Assembly: GCA_028023455.1 (NCBI GenBank)
Contig: JAQFVV010000002.1
Coordinates: 2,232,001-2,296,000, forward strand
Direction of reading: 5' to 3'
DNA: 64,000 nt
From: Epiperipatus broadwayi
Lineage: Eukaryota; Animalia; Onychophora
The notes below the pieces were generated by a model. That model ran no database searches. It was not told the origin of the DNA and saw only the letters and a program-made list of their open reading frames with translations. Made by a program: the position numbers and the translations under genes. Below, in pieces: positions 1 to 12,586 of this stretch; within the stretch, counting starts at the first letter, position 1, and every line of letters begins with the position of its first letter.

Positions 1-3000
1 GAGAAGTTTTAAGTAAAACAAAAGATAATTATTCTAAATAATTTGATAATTAAATGGAATTAATTATTTTTGTTTTTAGAATGTCTAGACAAGTTTCAAG
101 GTTAAATTTATTTTTAGATGACCTGATTATAAAAGGTTAAGATCATATCAGTTAATTAAAAACTCTGCCCCTATATTAATTGCAGATTCATTAATTGAAA
201 TTACATGATCAACTTAATCAGGATTCACACAAGTGTGCACACATTTAAAAGGAGAAAAATAAATCACTTCTATAACCTCACTTTTGAAGAAATCCACTTC
301 AATCAAACAATTTTATTTTTTTATTTGATAATGTACAGACTGAAATCTTAACATCATTTGAGTAGTCTATACTCAATGCCATGCCATGCTATTGCTATGT
401 ATAATATCATCATTTAGAAATGTACAACAAACACCCTTTATTGTTAATTGAAAGTTTCCAAAGCATCAGTAAATATGAAGAAATATGATAAAATGCCAAG
501 CTGGAGAAATTATTATATATGTTGTTTACCATTCTATTAAATTTTAATTAATTCTAGTCATTATTTTAAAAGTTTATTAACATTTCATTTCAACATTTTA
601 AAAGTTATATGACTTATATATAAAAACTACTGTGATTATTCTTATGCTTTACATATTTGAATTATTTAAAAAAAGCTGTTTACTGCAAAAAACTATTATA
701 AAGATACTTTAATTATTAATTATTGAAATATTATTATATAAAATTGTCAAAAACTTATTGTCATTTAACTTGCTAAAATAAATGCTAAAACAAATTATTT
801 AAAAATTCTCACAGAACAAAAAGAGGAAATGAAGTATATTTATTTCAGAAGTCATTTGTTTAACATAAATGACAATATTATTAATGCTTATATTATACTG
901 TCTTAATAAGGGATTTCATATAATTGTGTTTTACATAATGTAAATATTATATTGGAATTCCATTAGTTTATCTCTCTAAAGTATTTTTTCTTGTTCTGGA
1001 AATGAAATGACTTAAAATTGACATTGTTTATTAATCCTGTTAAACTGCAATATAAACTTTTAGTATAGAAGCTTCACTCTGATTTATAAAAAACTTGTGT
1101 AAATTTGTTCTGCTCTTTATTTAAAAAAATAAAATGTTTTTAATACTTTGATGAGATTTCTTCTCTGATTTATTTGCTATCTATTTTAATAAAATTGTGC
1201 TATACTTTACCTTCAATGAACAATGGTCAAACTCATAAGCCCAGAGAGGTATTTTTTTGATATTTAAAAAGAAAGAACTCATAAACTCTCAGCGTTTTTA
1301 AAGTGGGATAATGCAAAATATAGTGTTATTAAAATATTATTATTAGTATTACCATCATCATCATAGTTACTATTGTATTATTAACTTATTCCTATATCTT
1401 ATATTTTAATGGGTATATGAATGAGATTATGTGTTTTATAATTGAGATTTACACTAGTAAATATCCATGTAATAGAATTTTAAATATAAATATTTTAAGG
1501 GTTCTCAAAATTTATATGCCAGTGGTATACAAGTATGTTAAATATGCACACAGGGTAAAATAGTTATTTCATGAATTGTATGCAAATGAATGTATTATTT
1601 AACATTGGTGTGTGGTTTAATGTAATTTTAATTCCTACTTTATGATATTGTTTTGCAATTATGTTTGTAGTGATTTTCATATTTCTTTAAGTAGAGTATG
1701 TTTGTTTATGTGTATATGCATGTAAATGCAAGATAAACTTTCCATGTATTATTTTATAATTTGCCTTATTTTTCACTTCATTGGTATTGTGCCCATTGTC
1801 ATGTAATAAATGTGACAATAATTTTGATGGTTTCTATTACTTTAGATTTTATTAAGCCCTTCCAGAGTAAAGATTGAAGCTTATGTGACACTTTCATGTC
1901 ATGTAATTGGATGTTGATATATTCTTTATCATCATTTGCCTTTAAATTTTGTTAGTATGTATTTTTATATATGCACATTAAAGGCATATATGCGTGAAAG
2001 TATATAGATCGATTTTAGGTCTTTTTTAAAAGTATATTGAATTATTGATAGTATTAAGTTTCATTAATATTCTGCTCATGTATGCATAAACAGGTAAAAC
2101 TTATTTATATAAATTATATTTGTTTTGTATTTGACTTATATTAGCAATATCAAAGGAATAGATTATGCACTGATTTTGAATTGAGTCAGTATTATCATTT
2201 CATTATCAACCTTTAGTAGCCTATGTTAAGGCAAAATGCTTGCCACTCTGTATGTATAAATGCTGGTTGGTTGGTTTTAAATGAGAAGGAGATCTTCTTA
2301 AATGCAGTCTTAATATAAGTGTTAGTTCTAAAATTTATTTGAGTGGTGTATTAATTAATGTTATCTAAATGCTCATTGCAGTAATAATTAATACTGCAAT
2401 GTATATTATTTATTATTTTATTTTATTGTGATTATCATATTAAATCTGTGTCATAATTTATATACATATTTATTATTCTTTAAATATGTTTATGTTTCCA
2501 TTGTCATCATCATTATCACATCAATTTGCTCAGAAAATCTAAATAATAAAGCTATATTAAATAATGTTGAACATAAGAGCTCATTTCAAAGTCAGATTGA
2601 AGTTATTATTCAATCTGTTTTTCCTATATCTGTTAGTAAAATTATTATTTTATTTTACTTTTTATTATAAGTGTCTGGAATGGTATAGTGGGTAGCATAA
2701 AAGTACTCATTACCCATTGCAATGTATTATTTTGTTTATTACAAGATTAGACATTAAAGTATTCTAATAAAACATACACTAATCATATTGACATTATTAT
2801 TATTTATAAGACAAGAATATTAAATATTTTAAAGCAGTTTCTATTTCTAGCCAAAGATTATTAAAAGTACTTTGAGACTTGAATACTTACAATTTCACCT
2901 TGTATTTTAAAATGATATATACGTTTATAATATTAGAAAGAGAAAATAAGACTATCTTGTACATAAAGAACCAAGTTATTATTTCATTTAAATGTGTTTT

Positions 3001-3595
3001 CATCATTAATCGAAGTAATTATTCATTATATTGAATAAAATAAGAACCTGGAATTTATATTAGTTATATTTTTGTTGTTATATACTTTGTCTATGAGAGA
3101 ACTCATATTCATACACAATTCATATTTATTTTATTATACCTGCTTGTTTGGTATTGGCTTGGCAATCCACCTTTGATTCATCTATGCTTTTGAAGGTTAG
3201 GATATATAAAATATTATTATTAAATTTATTATAAATATTATTTATAATTCATTTGTTATCAATTAATAAGACTCTAAAACCTATTTAAATAACATATGGA
3301 CTTAATAGTTAATTAGCTTAGTGATATATACCATCTTTAATACCTTTATAAGAATATGAATAATTTCATGAACACACATATTTTTTTAAATATTGCAGTT
3401 TTAATGCATAATATCACGTTTTTAAACATGATTACTATTCATAATTGCCAACAAAAAACTTCAGGCCCTCTTCCCCTTTATATTGGCATTGATCATTTAA
3501 TCAACCAATCAATACATATGTTAGATATCTGGCAAATGAATTATCACTTTTATAGTTTACTAGTATATTTCATTTTTATCTTTATTTTTTTTCCC

Positions 3596-3696
3596 TCTCA
3601 TATGTCATAGCATCGGCCGGGACATGAACCCACAACCGTCTGCAACCAACTACTTGCTTGCAAGGTGGTTGCGATGACCTCTCGGCTACCAACGCT
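3596..3696 (-). mobile_element. tRNA-Gly(TCC)-derived short SINE, divergent copy
   Basis: The minus strand reads GCGTTGGTAGCCGAGAGGTCATCGC...GGGTTCATGTCCCGGCCGATGCTATGACATATGAGAGGGAAAAA. It has a tRNA-Gly-like acceptor and T-arm plus the trailer shared with eight other copies. Confidence 0.8.
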
Positions 3697-5262
3697 TTAT
3701 TTATTGCATGATTTTATTTTTCTAATCTCAATGCCCATTTTTATATGCTAAGTGAACAGAGTTAATTTTTTTTATATATTTTTAAATAATATATACCTAA
3801 TATAATGATTATATATATACCTATAAATAATATAGCAACAAATGTTTTTACAAAAGTCAAATTTGACTGAAAAATAACAAAGGCTACTTTTTCAATTCAA
3901 ATTTCTTTCTAACAACTTTAGCAGCTATGTATCAAACTCATTTTCAATTCAATAACTCACCAAACATTATACACAGTGAAAAATGTTTTTGTCCTAAATG
4001 TATTAGAAGATTAGTGTGGATGCTATGAATATATTTGTTTCAACAGTATTTAGATTTATGAATTTTTTAAAGAGATCTTTTAACATAATGATTTCTTTGA
4101 AAGCAACAATGGTTGGTAGTGATAGTAACAAAGAAATTTCCATTTATCAGAACTAATTTTAGTTAATATTTTGTGAGACATAATTTTTTTTAAAAAAAGT
4201 TTATTGAAAATATTTATAATTCTATATATAAGCATTGTTAAATGTTTTGCAAGAAAAGATTAATTATGTTCTATTATAGAGAACCTCCAAGTTACTGAAC
4301 ATGCTGCATTCTTGTAGCAAGACCTGCCATATTTGTATATTGTTATGTAAATGTATAAATTAAAATATTCCATTTTTTAGATAGCACAATACTGGAGTCT
4401 TTTTTACTGATAGTGTGATAGTTATTAGTGATAGGTCATGCCACTTTAATCATATGCTTTCTACTGTTTCACTCTTCTGAATATAAACATAGTAAGTTTG
4501 GAATATGATGATAGAAAGTGTACAATTAAAGAGATATAGCATATTACTAATAACTTCCATGCTATCAGAAAAAATTCCAGTGTTGCACTCTTTAAAAAAT
4601 GGAATATTTTAATTTATAGATTTACATAATGATATTCAAATATGGAAGTTCCTGCTACTAAACAAGAAAGCTATAAATCTGATGACACAGATCGAGAGCA
4701 TGTTCAGCAACTCAGAAGTTCCCTATAATAGAACATTGAATTTATGTGTTAATTAATCTTTTTTGATAAATATTTGTAAATGCATATATATAGAATTACA
4801 AGTCGAATAAGAAAATAATAAATACACTTCAAATAATATTTATGTATTTTGGGAGGAGTGAAGTATTCACAGTAAGTTTATTGTATATAGTGTATATTTC
4901 ATATATATAATATTTTTCATTATTTTACTCTTCATTAACTTCATTTTTTCATACCTGTTATTAAATAATTTTGGAAACACAGGTGAATAAAACTCTGCTG
5001 CATATGTTTTTTTCTTATTGCAGTATCTCAAATAAGAACTCATTGTCATAATATAATACATATTCACTGATTACAATCTTTTATATGTATTATTATAACT
5101 AATCTAAATATAAAAATATATTTTATAAAAATGGCTTCATTATCATTTTAAATGTAATTAGAAGGGATTTGAATTCAGACTTCCAAGCCCTCTACAGCTA
5201 TCCACTTTATCCTATACAACTGTTTACACATGACCACATACATGTAAAAAAATAAATGATCT

Positions 5263-5304
5263 CCAATATATGTATTTCATGCTGGATCAACACTTATCAG
5301 TTGG
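5263..5304 (-). ncRNA. Degenerate type-I hammerhead ribozyme (family B; G8A)
   Basis: Minus strand: CCAA CTGATAA GTGTT GATCC AGCAT GAAA TACATATA TTGG. Stem I is CCAA/TTGG, and the core CUGAUGA is mutated to CUGAUAA. Confidence 0.7.
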
Positions 5305-5380
5305 TCCAGATCATCATCTTCCTCATATATATATATATAATCAGTGTTCAGTTTATATTAATATAACAAATCTTCAATGG

Positions 5381-5424
5381 CAGGCTGATGAATTGTGGCT
5401 CAGCACTAAATATATGTATATTGG
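5381..5424 (+). ncRNA. Degenerate type-I hammerhead ribozyme (family B; GAAA changed to TAAA)
   Basis: CAGG CTGATGA ATTGTGGCTCAGCAC TAAA TATATGTATA TTGG. It sits at the position homologous to the intact copies. Confidence 0.6.
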
Positions 5425-6861
5425 AGATCATTTATCTTTTTCACATGTATGTGGTCATGTGTATTGGTTGTATAAGATAGAATGGATAGCTGTAGAGAGC
5501 TTGAAAGTCTTATTAGAAGTCCCTTCTAATTACATTAGATTCAATGTAGACAATATACTTGTATTTAAATAATACATTTTAAATGTCTAAAAAATTCATG
5601 ATAACAGGCAGAGCTAAATAAAAATATTTTTTTTTACAATTACTGATTTTTTGTTGTAAAATAATTGTATTAAATGTAATATTATCTAAAAATTATTAAA
5701 ATATTATTTTATGCATGCATATCTCTTTCCTCTACTTTACAGCCATTTTTTGTATGTTAGAGTAAGCAGTGGCCATCAAATGAGTTTCATTAATAAAGAC
5801 AAAATTCAAAAACCAAACTGCAAGGGGGGATTTGTATCATCATACCATCATAGTGCTCATTGATTCCTCATGTATAAAGAAAATGGCTTTAGAGTAGCAT
5901 GAATATAATTGTTTTTGTAATAATATACATGAGATTATTGTTGATATATGCTTATATTTAAAAAAAATTAATTATAAGCTTTAAAATCATTATTGTAGTA
6001 AAATAATTTATATTTTATGAGTTCTTTATGATTTCTAGCAGCAATTGAATGGATATAATTTATTAGTTGAAGTGATATGTATTTATTCTTGTCTTTTTTA
6101 ATAACAATAATCAAGCTCTTGGGATCATATAATGCCATCTGTGAATTTTGACTGACTCACTGAAAAATTAAAAATCCATGAAATCTAATATTTTTGTTTG
6201 AAATAAATAATCATTAGAATTTTTAATAAAAATATTTTTTCTGGATCACTTGTAAGAATGATCTAGCAAATCGCACAAGACAAATTAGTACATACAATAA
6301 TGAAGCTGATGAGAGTTTTCAAGAAATGGTAAGACATGTTATAAATACTACTATTACTACTACTGATAATAATAATAATAAATATTTTAAAACAAACATA
6401 TAAACAAACAGAAATACTGTTGACAAATATATGAAATATTTACATGATGATTGAACACCAGGTTATTCGAATAATACAATATTGATATTGCTTTTTAAGA
6501 ACAGCAGAAAAAAACATAATTATGAAATTATACTTAACAATTTATTAATGATTGTATTCAGTGTTACTAAGACTCTTATAAATTGTCTATGGAAAACATT
6601 AGAGTAAACCTAAACTGCAAGCTGGATTTTACCATGGTTAAAATGCTATAATGCAAACCAAGAATTAAATGAAAATACATTGATAAGTCTAAAATGATAT
6701 CTGTATATATAATCATTAAAAATGGCTTTCCTTGCATTGTCTTGATTGTGAATAAAGTATATTTTGAAATGAAATTATTGATAGCTGAAGGCTAATTTTT
6801 TATTTAATTTTGAAAATTTGTGGTCACAATTTTATCATTATTTTTTTTACACGTTTGTTTT

Positions 6862-6955
6862 TCTCTCATGTGTCATAGCGTCCGCCGGGGAGCGAACCCG
6901 CTAACCCGGGACAACTGCTTATAAGGCAGCTGTGCTGACCTCTCGACCACCAACG
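6862..6955 (-). mobile_element. tRNA-Gly(TCC)-derived SINE (T-arm duplication subfamily)
   Basis: Minus strand: GCGTTGGTGGTCGAGAGGTCAGCACAGCTGCCTTATAAGCAGTTGTCCCGGGTTAGCGGGTTCGCTCCCCGGCGGACGCTATGACACATGAGAG. The flanking near-direct repeat CACGTTTG(T/A)TTTT lies at 6850 and 6956. Confidence 0.9.
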
Positions 6956-7575
6956 CACGTTTGATTTTCATTACATTTAATTTACAAATATGCGAGAGCA
7001 TACAAACTTATATAGGTAATACTTACAGCTACATATTTCTTATTAAAATTTAACATAAATAAATTTATTGAGTAAACTATACAAATAATTTTGTTACAAA
7101 ATATTATTATTACAAATGATAATGGTTTTGCGCCTGATGATTTTATTTTAAATGTAATTTACCCTCCCGCAAAGCCAGCTGGGTGGCGACATGATTTCAT
7201 CTCAATTTGTATTTCGAGGTCATTGTAAATTTATAATTGAATTCGACTTAAAGACATGTAGCTTAAATTGTTTCGTTTTGATTTTCTTTCTCAGCAATAT
7301 TAATTTCTTCAATAATAATAATACAGATTTAACTTTGAATAAATGAATTGTGTTATAGAAGTAAATAAATTATTTTCGGATGAGAGACCAGAGAAGATTC
7401 ACAAAAGCGAGCAAATTCACTTAAATCTTTTTTTTTTTTTAAATTCTTTACAAAAACATTTTTCAACTTCATTGTTTTATGTTAATTAAGAAATGAATAA
7501 TAAATATTTTAGTAATTTGTTATTATAAATTTTGTAATTATTATTTCAAAATTTGTCTATATATATATAGCTTTT

Positions 7576-7679
7576 TTTTTAAGTGACATAGCATCGGCCG
7601 GGACGCGAACCCGCAACCCGGGCAACTGCCTGCTAGTGGAAGGAAGTCGCGCTGACCTCTCGACCACCAATGCAAGACA
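7576..7679 (-). mobile_element. tRNA-Gly(TCC)-derived SINE, young CpG-rich copy with poly(A) tail and 15-bp TSD
   Basis: It is nearly identical to 56472-56582. The TSD ATATATATAGCTTTT lies at 7561-7575 and 7680-7694, with a T-run (minus-strand A tail) next to the left copy. Confidence 0.93.
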
Positions 7680-8936
7680 ATATATATAGCTTTTAAAAGA
7701 AATATGAATAAAAATGCATTATTTGTCTATATAAAAATTATATTCCACGTTTAATATGCCGATTACAAATAAAGATTTTTAACATAGATAAAATACAAAA
7801 ATATCTTTATTTAACACAGTTTAAACGCATTGCATAACATATTAGTATTTCTATTAATTTAATTCTTAATACAAAACATTTTTGTTACTATTAGATAAGG
7901 AATAAAAATATAATAGACAATAAGTTAGAAGTGTAAAGAGTATATTATCTTAAATGTGGAGAATCTTAATTAAAGAAATAAAAATAAACACACCACTGCA
8001 TTTTCGGTTGTTTGGTAGCATTAGGATATGAGTTCCATTCCTCATAGGTAAATGATTACCATTATATTTTCATACAACAATTTGTGGTTATTCTGTTTAT
8101 GAAACTTTTTTCTGAAAATGTATCACTTATTGATTTAATAACATCAATATTTTGACTTTTTTCTAAGAGGTGTATGTATTTGACAACTTGTGCTCATGTA
8201 TAATTAGTTTTTTTCGATTGATTTCACGACTCTTTTAATTGCCAACTTTAACCCATCCATCATTTAAATTACTTTGCTTATCTGTAAAAGCAGATGCCTG
8301 AATACTGCATGTTTTTTTCTGATAAATTAATAATGTGATTAATTATTTAATGCCAATTCTATTTATTCATTTCTGATACTAATTTGATTTATTATTTTTA
8401 AAACACTTTAATTATGAAAATATGGTTATATTTTTATAAAATTGAGTCAGTTTCTAAGTTGTATAGATAAAAGAGAACTTTATTCAATGATTTATATTCA
8501 AATTTTACATTGGTTAGATATTAAGTTTCTAACCAAAATGAAGAAGAGTGAATTTATCAGCTATGCATTTAATAACAATAAGTTGTTTCAACCTTTTAGT
8601 GTCACAGCAATTGTAAACTTAATGTTTAATTGATATTTTTTTAAAAAACTAATGCATTGTAAATCTAACACAATTTGGTAAAGACTATTATGATTTAGTA
8701 CCTTCTACAAATCATCTTCTGAAAATTTCATTTTAAGATTTTAAATACAGTTTGTTTAAGCCACAAGTGTCATAATATACAAAAAAAATTTTTAAAAATG
8801 TCCTTTTTAAAATTTAATATAAAATAATAATTAATATTATTTCAATTATTTTTGCAAATTTTGATGATTTTTGATTGAGAAATTTAAAAACAAATGAACA
8901 GATGAAAAAGTCGGTACGTTAAGAAGTTTTATTATT

Positions 8937-9050
8937 AAACAAGGCAAAACTCTTCATACAATAGTGCCACCCTGTGCCAACCAAATAATCAATGGATGCC
9001 AGAAGGCTTGTGCATATAAGAGATAGTAATCATGTGATGTTTAGTGGTTT
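8937..9050. mobile_element. Short two-ended insertion of HHR repeat family C
   Basis: 8937-9016 matches 61090-61170 on the same strand, and 9030-9050 is the reverse complement of 61039-61059. It is flanked by AAGTTT(T/G)ATTATT at 8924-8936 and 9051-9063. Confidence 0.85.
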
Positions 9051-9104
9051 AAGTTTGATTATTCTGGTTCAATAGTACAGATTATTCAAACTGAAGATTT
9101 GCCT

Positions 9105-9432
9105 CTTATTTTCCACTAGGATGGCCATGTCAATACACATGCGCAGTATACATACAATGTGCAGTGCTTTTGCAGTTGATCTGGTTAATTTCAATGTTGT
9201 CTTTGCATTAGCAAATATATACATTTCCAACTTTAGTGAAACCTTGAACCCTCCGAAAAAATGCAAAATCGGTGATAAATGTCGTGTGTTTAATGAAGAA
9301 TGGTCAAACAAATATTTCTTTGGTAAAACAGGAAATAAAGCTGTGTGTTTATTGTGTCATAAAAAAAGATATGGCCCTCTGCTAAAGTGGCCCCTGATGC
9401 GGCTTTTGAGCCAAAACACTTGCCCACCCCTG
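9105..9432 (+). mobile_element. 5'-truncated non-autonomous hAT (Charlie/SPIN-like) derivative with a transposase N-terminal fragment
   Basis: It encodes PPKKCKIGDKCRVFNEEWSNKYFFGKTGNKAVCLLCH, which resembles the N-terminus of SPIN/GTF2IRD2-type hAT transposases. The 3' TIR TTGCCCACCCCTG (9420-9432) is followed by ATCTAGAC, matching the NTCTAGAN-type Charlie target. A paralog lies at 46867-47331. Confidence 0.8.
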
Positions 9433-10661
9433 ATCTAGACTATAACTGATACATGATACCACAAAAATAGAAAGAAAGGCATAAAATTTAAATGATGGAA
9501 TCTAAATTTCAAACTAATTTGATTTTTGCAAACTAGAGACATATTTAGAAAGATATCAAGACAGATAGATACCTGTTTAATTAAAAAAACATGAAATGAA
9601 GGCATTTGAATATGTATACTGGTATGTGATACTAATTGTCACCATTGTGGATCAATGTCAGTATTTGTGATCATGTGACTGACTTGTTTTTGTTCAGCTA
9701 TTCTTGATTTTAACAGGCTTATCTGATGGTTCATTTGCTTTTAGAAACAGAAATTAATTCTAATTATCTCATTTCACAGACAGAAATTATAAGCATGCAT
9801 ATCAATGGATACTGGATATTTGCATTCCCATTTAGTTTATGATTTGTGGTCTTTTCAGTGAAAATCTCTGGAATTAATGCACATTCATATCCAGGAAATA
9901 ATTTTTAAAACTACAGAGCAAACCGTGTGGAAAGCATGAATTCCAAAACATGCTTAGGTTCTGAAACTAACTCAACTTGTTTGTTTAATAATATAGCACT
10001 GGCACAATTGCATTTATGTTATTAAAAAGATCAAATATCTACTGGAAATATTGGGTCATTAGATCCAAACATCTTATTGAAGAAAGTTACATCAGAAACT
10101 ATTTTGGGTTATAAATAAAATAACTCAATCTTCTAGAATTCATTGATTAAGCAAGCTTACAATGGCTTTAAAATTATGTAAATAGGGCAAATTACTTCAA
10201 CTAAAAGCATAATTTAAATGCAAGCAGTACAAATTATGCAGAATATTTAATTGTTGGTGATGATGGTTGATAAAAAATCAATTAAGATCTTTAGTTGTTG
10301 GTTTTATTCCAACTATTTTTATCAATTGAAGAAATGTTTTTTGAGATTAGTTTAGTATTTTTTTTTTTTTTGCAATGTTTTCAACTTAAAAGGATTTTTA
10401 TTTTCATTGCCAAATAATTTTTTACAAAAAAAATAAAAATGTATATTTTAAATTTTATTGTTAAATGCTTGATATTTTTAAAGTTTATATATAGTAATAT
10501 ATAACTTTAAACATAACATTTATTGCCTTCAGAATTATGTGAAAACATATTTTACTATCAAAAATTAAATGCTCTTTTATTCTTGATCTTTCTTAAAACC
10601 AGGTCTCTTTCATTTAATTTTTTAGATATTTTATTATTTATCACTTACTTACCTATAAATT

Positions 10662-10931
10662 TATGTAAATAAATCATTTTTTATAGCGCGATGTTTGTAA
10701 ACTGTAATATTTAACACACCATTACACTGTTGCACATGCGCTTTGAAGATTTTAAATATAAATGAATGAATACTAACACTCAACCACATGATATTACGCT
10801 GTTGCACATGCGCTTTGAAGATTTTAAATATAAATGAATGAATACTAACACTCAACCACATGATAGTATTCATTCATTTATATTTAAAATCTTCAAAGCG
10901 CATGTGCAACAGCGTAATGCTGTGTTAAATA
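10662..10931. repeat. 270-bp insertion: two 72-bp tandem units plus an inverted copy, with a 13-bp TSD
   Basis: The units are 10721-10792 and 10793-10864, and 10865-10918 is the exact reverse complement of 10793-10846. TTACCTATAAATT lies at 10649-10661 and 10932-10944. Confidence 0.85.
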
Positions 10932-11467
10932 TTACCTATAAATTATTATTTTAGTTGCAAAATTATTTCTCATATTTTGTAAATTATCTGAAAATGCTAA
11001 AGCAAGTTGGAAACACATACATATATGCCTATATGTATGTGTGTTTTTATGATTATCTAATCCCAAATAGAATATAATAAATAATAAAAATAATACAATA
11101 GCTTCTCTTTAGATGTGATATGTTAGACTATTTCCATCATCTATGAGTGAATGTTGAATGTATAGAAAATTTTAAACTTTATTTAAACTTTTCAAATACA
11201 TAGAGCTTGTTAGTAATAACACACAATTAGACAACACATTCTCCATTCTTGTTAAGTGTTGCTGGCCTGATATGCACAGTGAAAGAATTTGCATAGAAGT
11301 TAAACTCACACCATTAAACTCTTGAATATGGAATTTATGGCAAATGCTCTAACCAACTGAGCTATTCTGTCAAAGGCAACAGATAGTAGAAATTGGATAT
11401 ATTTATATATGAGGGTTGATTCAAATCCTCCTGAGTGCTTTAATTTTTTCCCCTAAGCCCTTTAATT

Positions 11468-11469
11468 TA

Positions 11470-11535
<66 letters not shown>

Positions 11536-11590
11536 CATCATCATCATTATTATTATCATCATCATTATTATTGTTATTATTATTTTATTT
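11468..11590. repeat. Compound (TAT)n/(CAT)n microsatellite inside the left PLE arm
   Basis: The trinucleotide run is directly visible. It explains the poly-Tyr/His ORF at 11416-11628. Confidence 0.97.
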
Positions 11591-11620
11591 TTATAATATT
11601 ATTTTTTCCTAAGAGCACAA

Positions 11621-12560
11621 TTAATTAGAGGCTTCCATACATTGTGTATTGCCACACTGGGTTGACTTATAGGATTTTTTACACATTTCCCCCCTCTTTA
11701 TCCAATATTTTTGTATTTTCCCAATTAAGCATACATACATGGTCAGCTATGGTAGACACTTCTGTTTTTTTTTCTTTTTTAACCATTAGCTTGTGTGCTT
11801 TCAATTGCTGTTCAACAGGGCAAAAGGTCTGACCAATATACTTCCTTCCACATTCATAGGGTATTTCACAGATGCAGTTTTTGTTCTTCAGCATTTCCAG
11901 TTAAAGTATAGCAGAAGTAAAAATTCCTTGATGTTCTGTGTGGCTTTGGAAAGCTGTTCTAATGTTATATTGACTGCAGATTTTTTTTAATTTGTCTGCC
12001 ATTCCTGGCATGTATGGATACACTACAACACCAATAATTGTTTTTTTTTGTGTCTCATTGTGTTGTCTATTAAAGGTTTTCTTGAGGACCACTGATGGGT
12101 AACCATTCTTTATAAGAATTTGTTCTATGTGAATCTTTTTTTTCCAAATCATTGGTTTCTGAACAAATATCCTTTGCTCTGTTCCATAGTGGTAGTAAAA
12201 TTCCCATGTTTAGTGCTTCTGGTATGATTGGATGTTATGCCAAGTATTTGCCAGTGCATGTTGGTTTCTTATACACTGTTATTTTTACTCTGCCCTGAAG
12301 GAGTCTTGTCACAAGAACATCCAGGAATGCCAATTTTTGTTCTCATTCAGATTCCATTGTGAATTTAATTGAATGAGAAATGTTAACATGCATCCAAAGA
12401 TGACTGTAATTGCACCTTACCATGTGGCAATAGCACAAATGTAATATTAATATACCAAAGCCATACTTTTGGTGGACATGGAGTAGTATTTCTGGCCATG
12501 TTTCAGGTTCTTCTTTGTAAATTTTGTTCAGAAAGGGTGATAGTGATGATCCCATGGTCA
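11621..12560 (-). pseudogene. PLE RT (C-terminal part) plus GIY-YIG endonuclease, frameshifted
   Basis: Motifs in order: MGSSLSP (MGSPLSP-like), KLAFLDVLVTR...ITVYKKPTCTGKYL, NCICEIPYECGRKYIGQT...QQLKAH...STIADHV...NWENTKILDKE. Confidence 0.88.
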
Positions 12561-12586
12561 TCTTTTGATTTTGTTGGAAGAATTCT

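Larger units (their letters stand above)
5151..5536. mobile_element. Fold-back copy of HHR repeat family B (two inverted ~150-bp arms, 3' ends outward)
   Basis: AATGTAATTAGAAGGG at 5151 is the reverse complement of CCCTTCTAATTACATT ending at 5536. The arms align over ~150 bp and match the copies at 27.6, 40.3-40.6 and 44.1-44.7 kb. Confidence 0.85.

Noticed and set aside
5151-5536. Family B fold-backs as ordinary MITEs
   Set aside because: Arm lengths and centres differ between loci, a solo arm exists at 27.6 kb, no consistent short TSD was seen, and each arm carries an HHR.
6257-6328. Possible 72-bp coding exon NDLANRTRQISTYNNEADESFQEM (AG...GTAAGA), and an overlapping CTGATGA...GAAA motif
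   Set aside because: No recognisable protein or linked exons were found. The HHR-like motif lacks stems I and II.
10721-10918. CRISPR-like or bacterial repeat array
   Set aside because: The context is eukaryotic, the units are contiguous with no unique spacers, and there are no cas genes.
11416-11628. Poly-Tyr/His ORF in the ORF track
   Set aside because: It is a translation of the (TAT)/(CAT) microsatellite.
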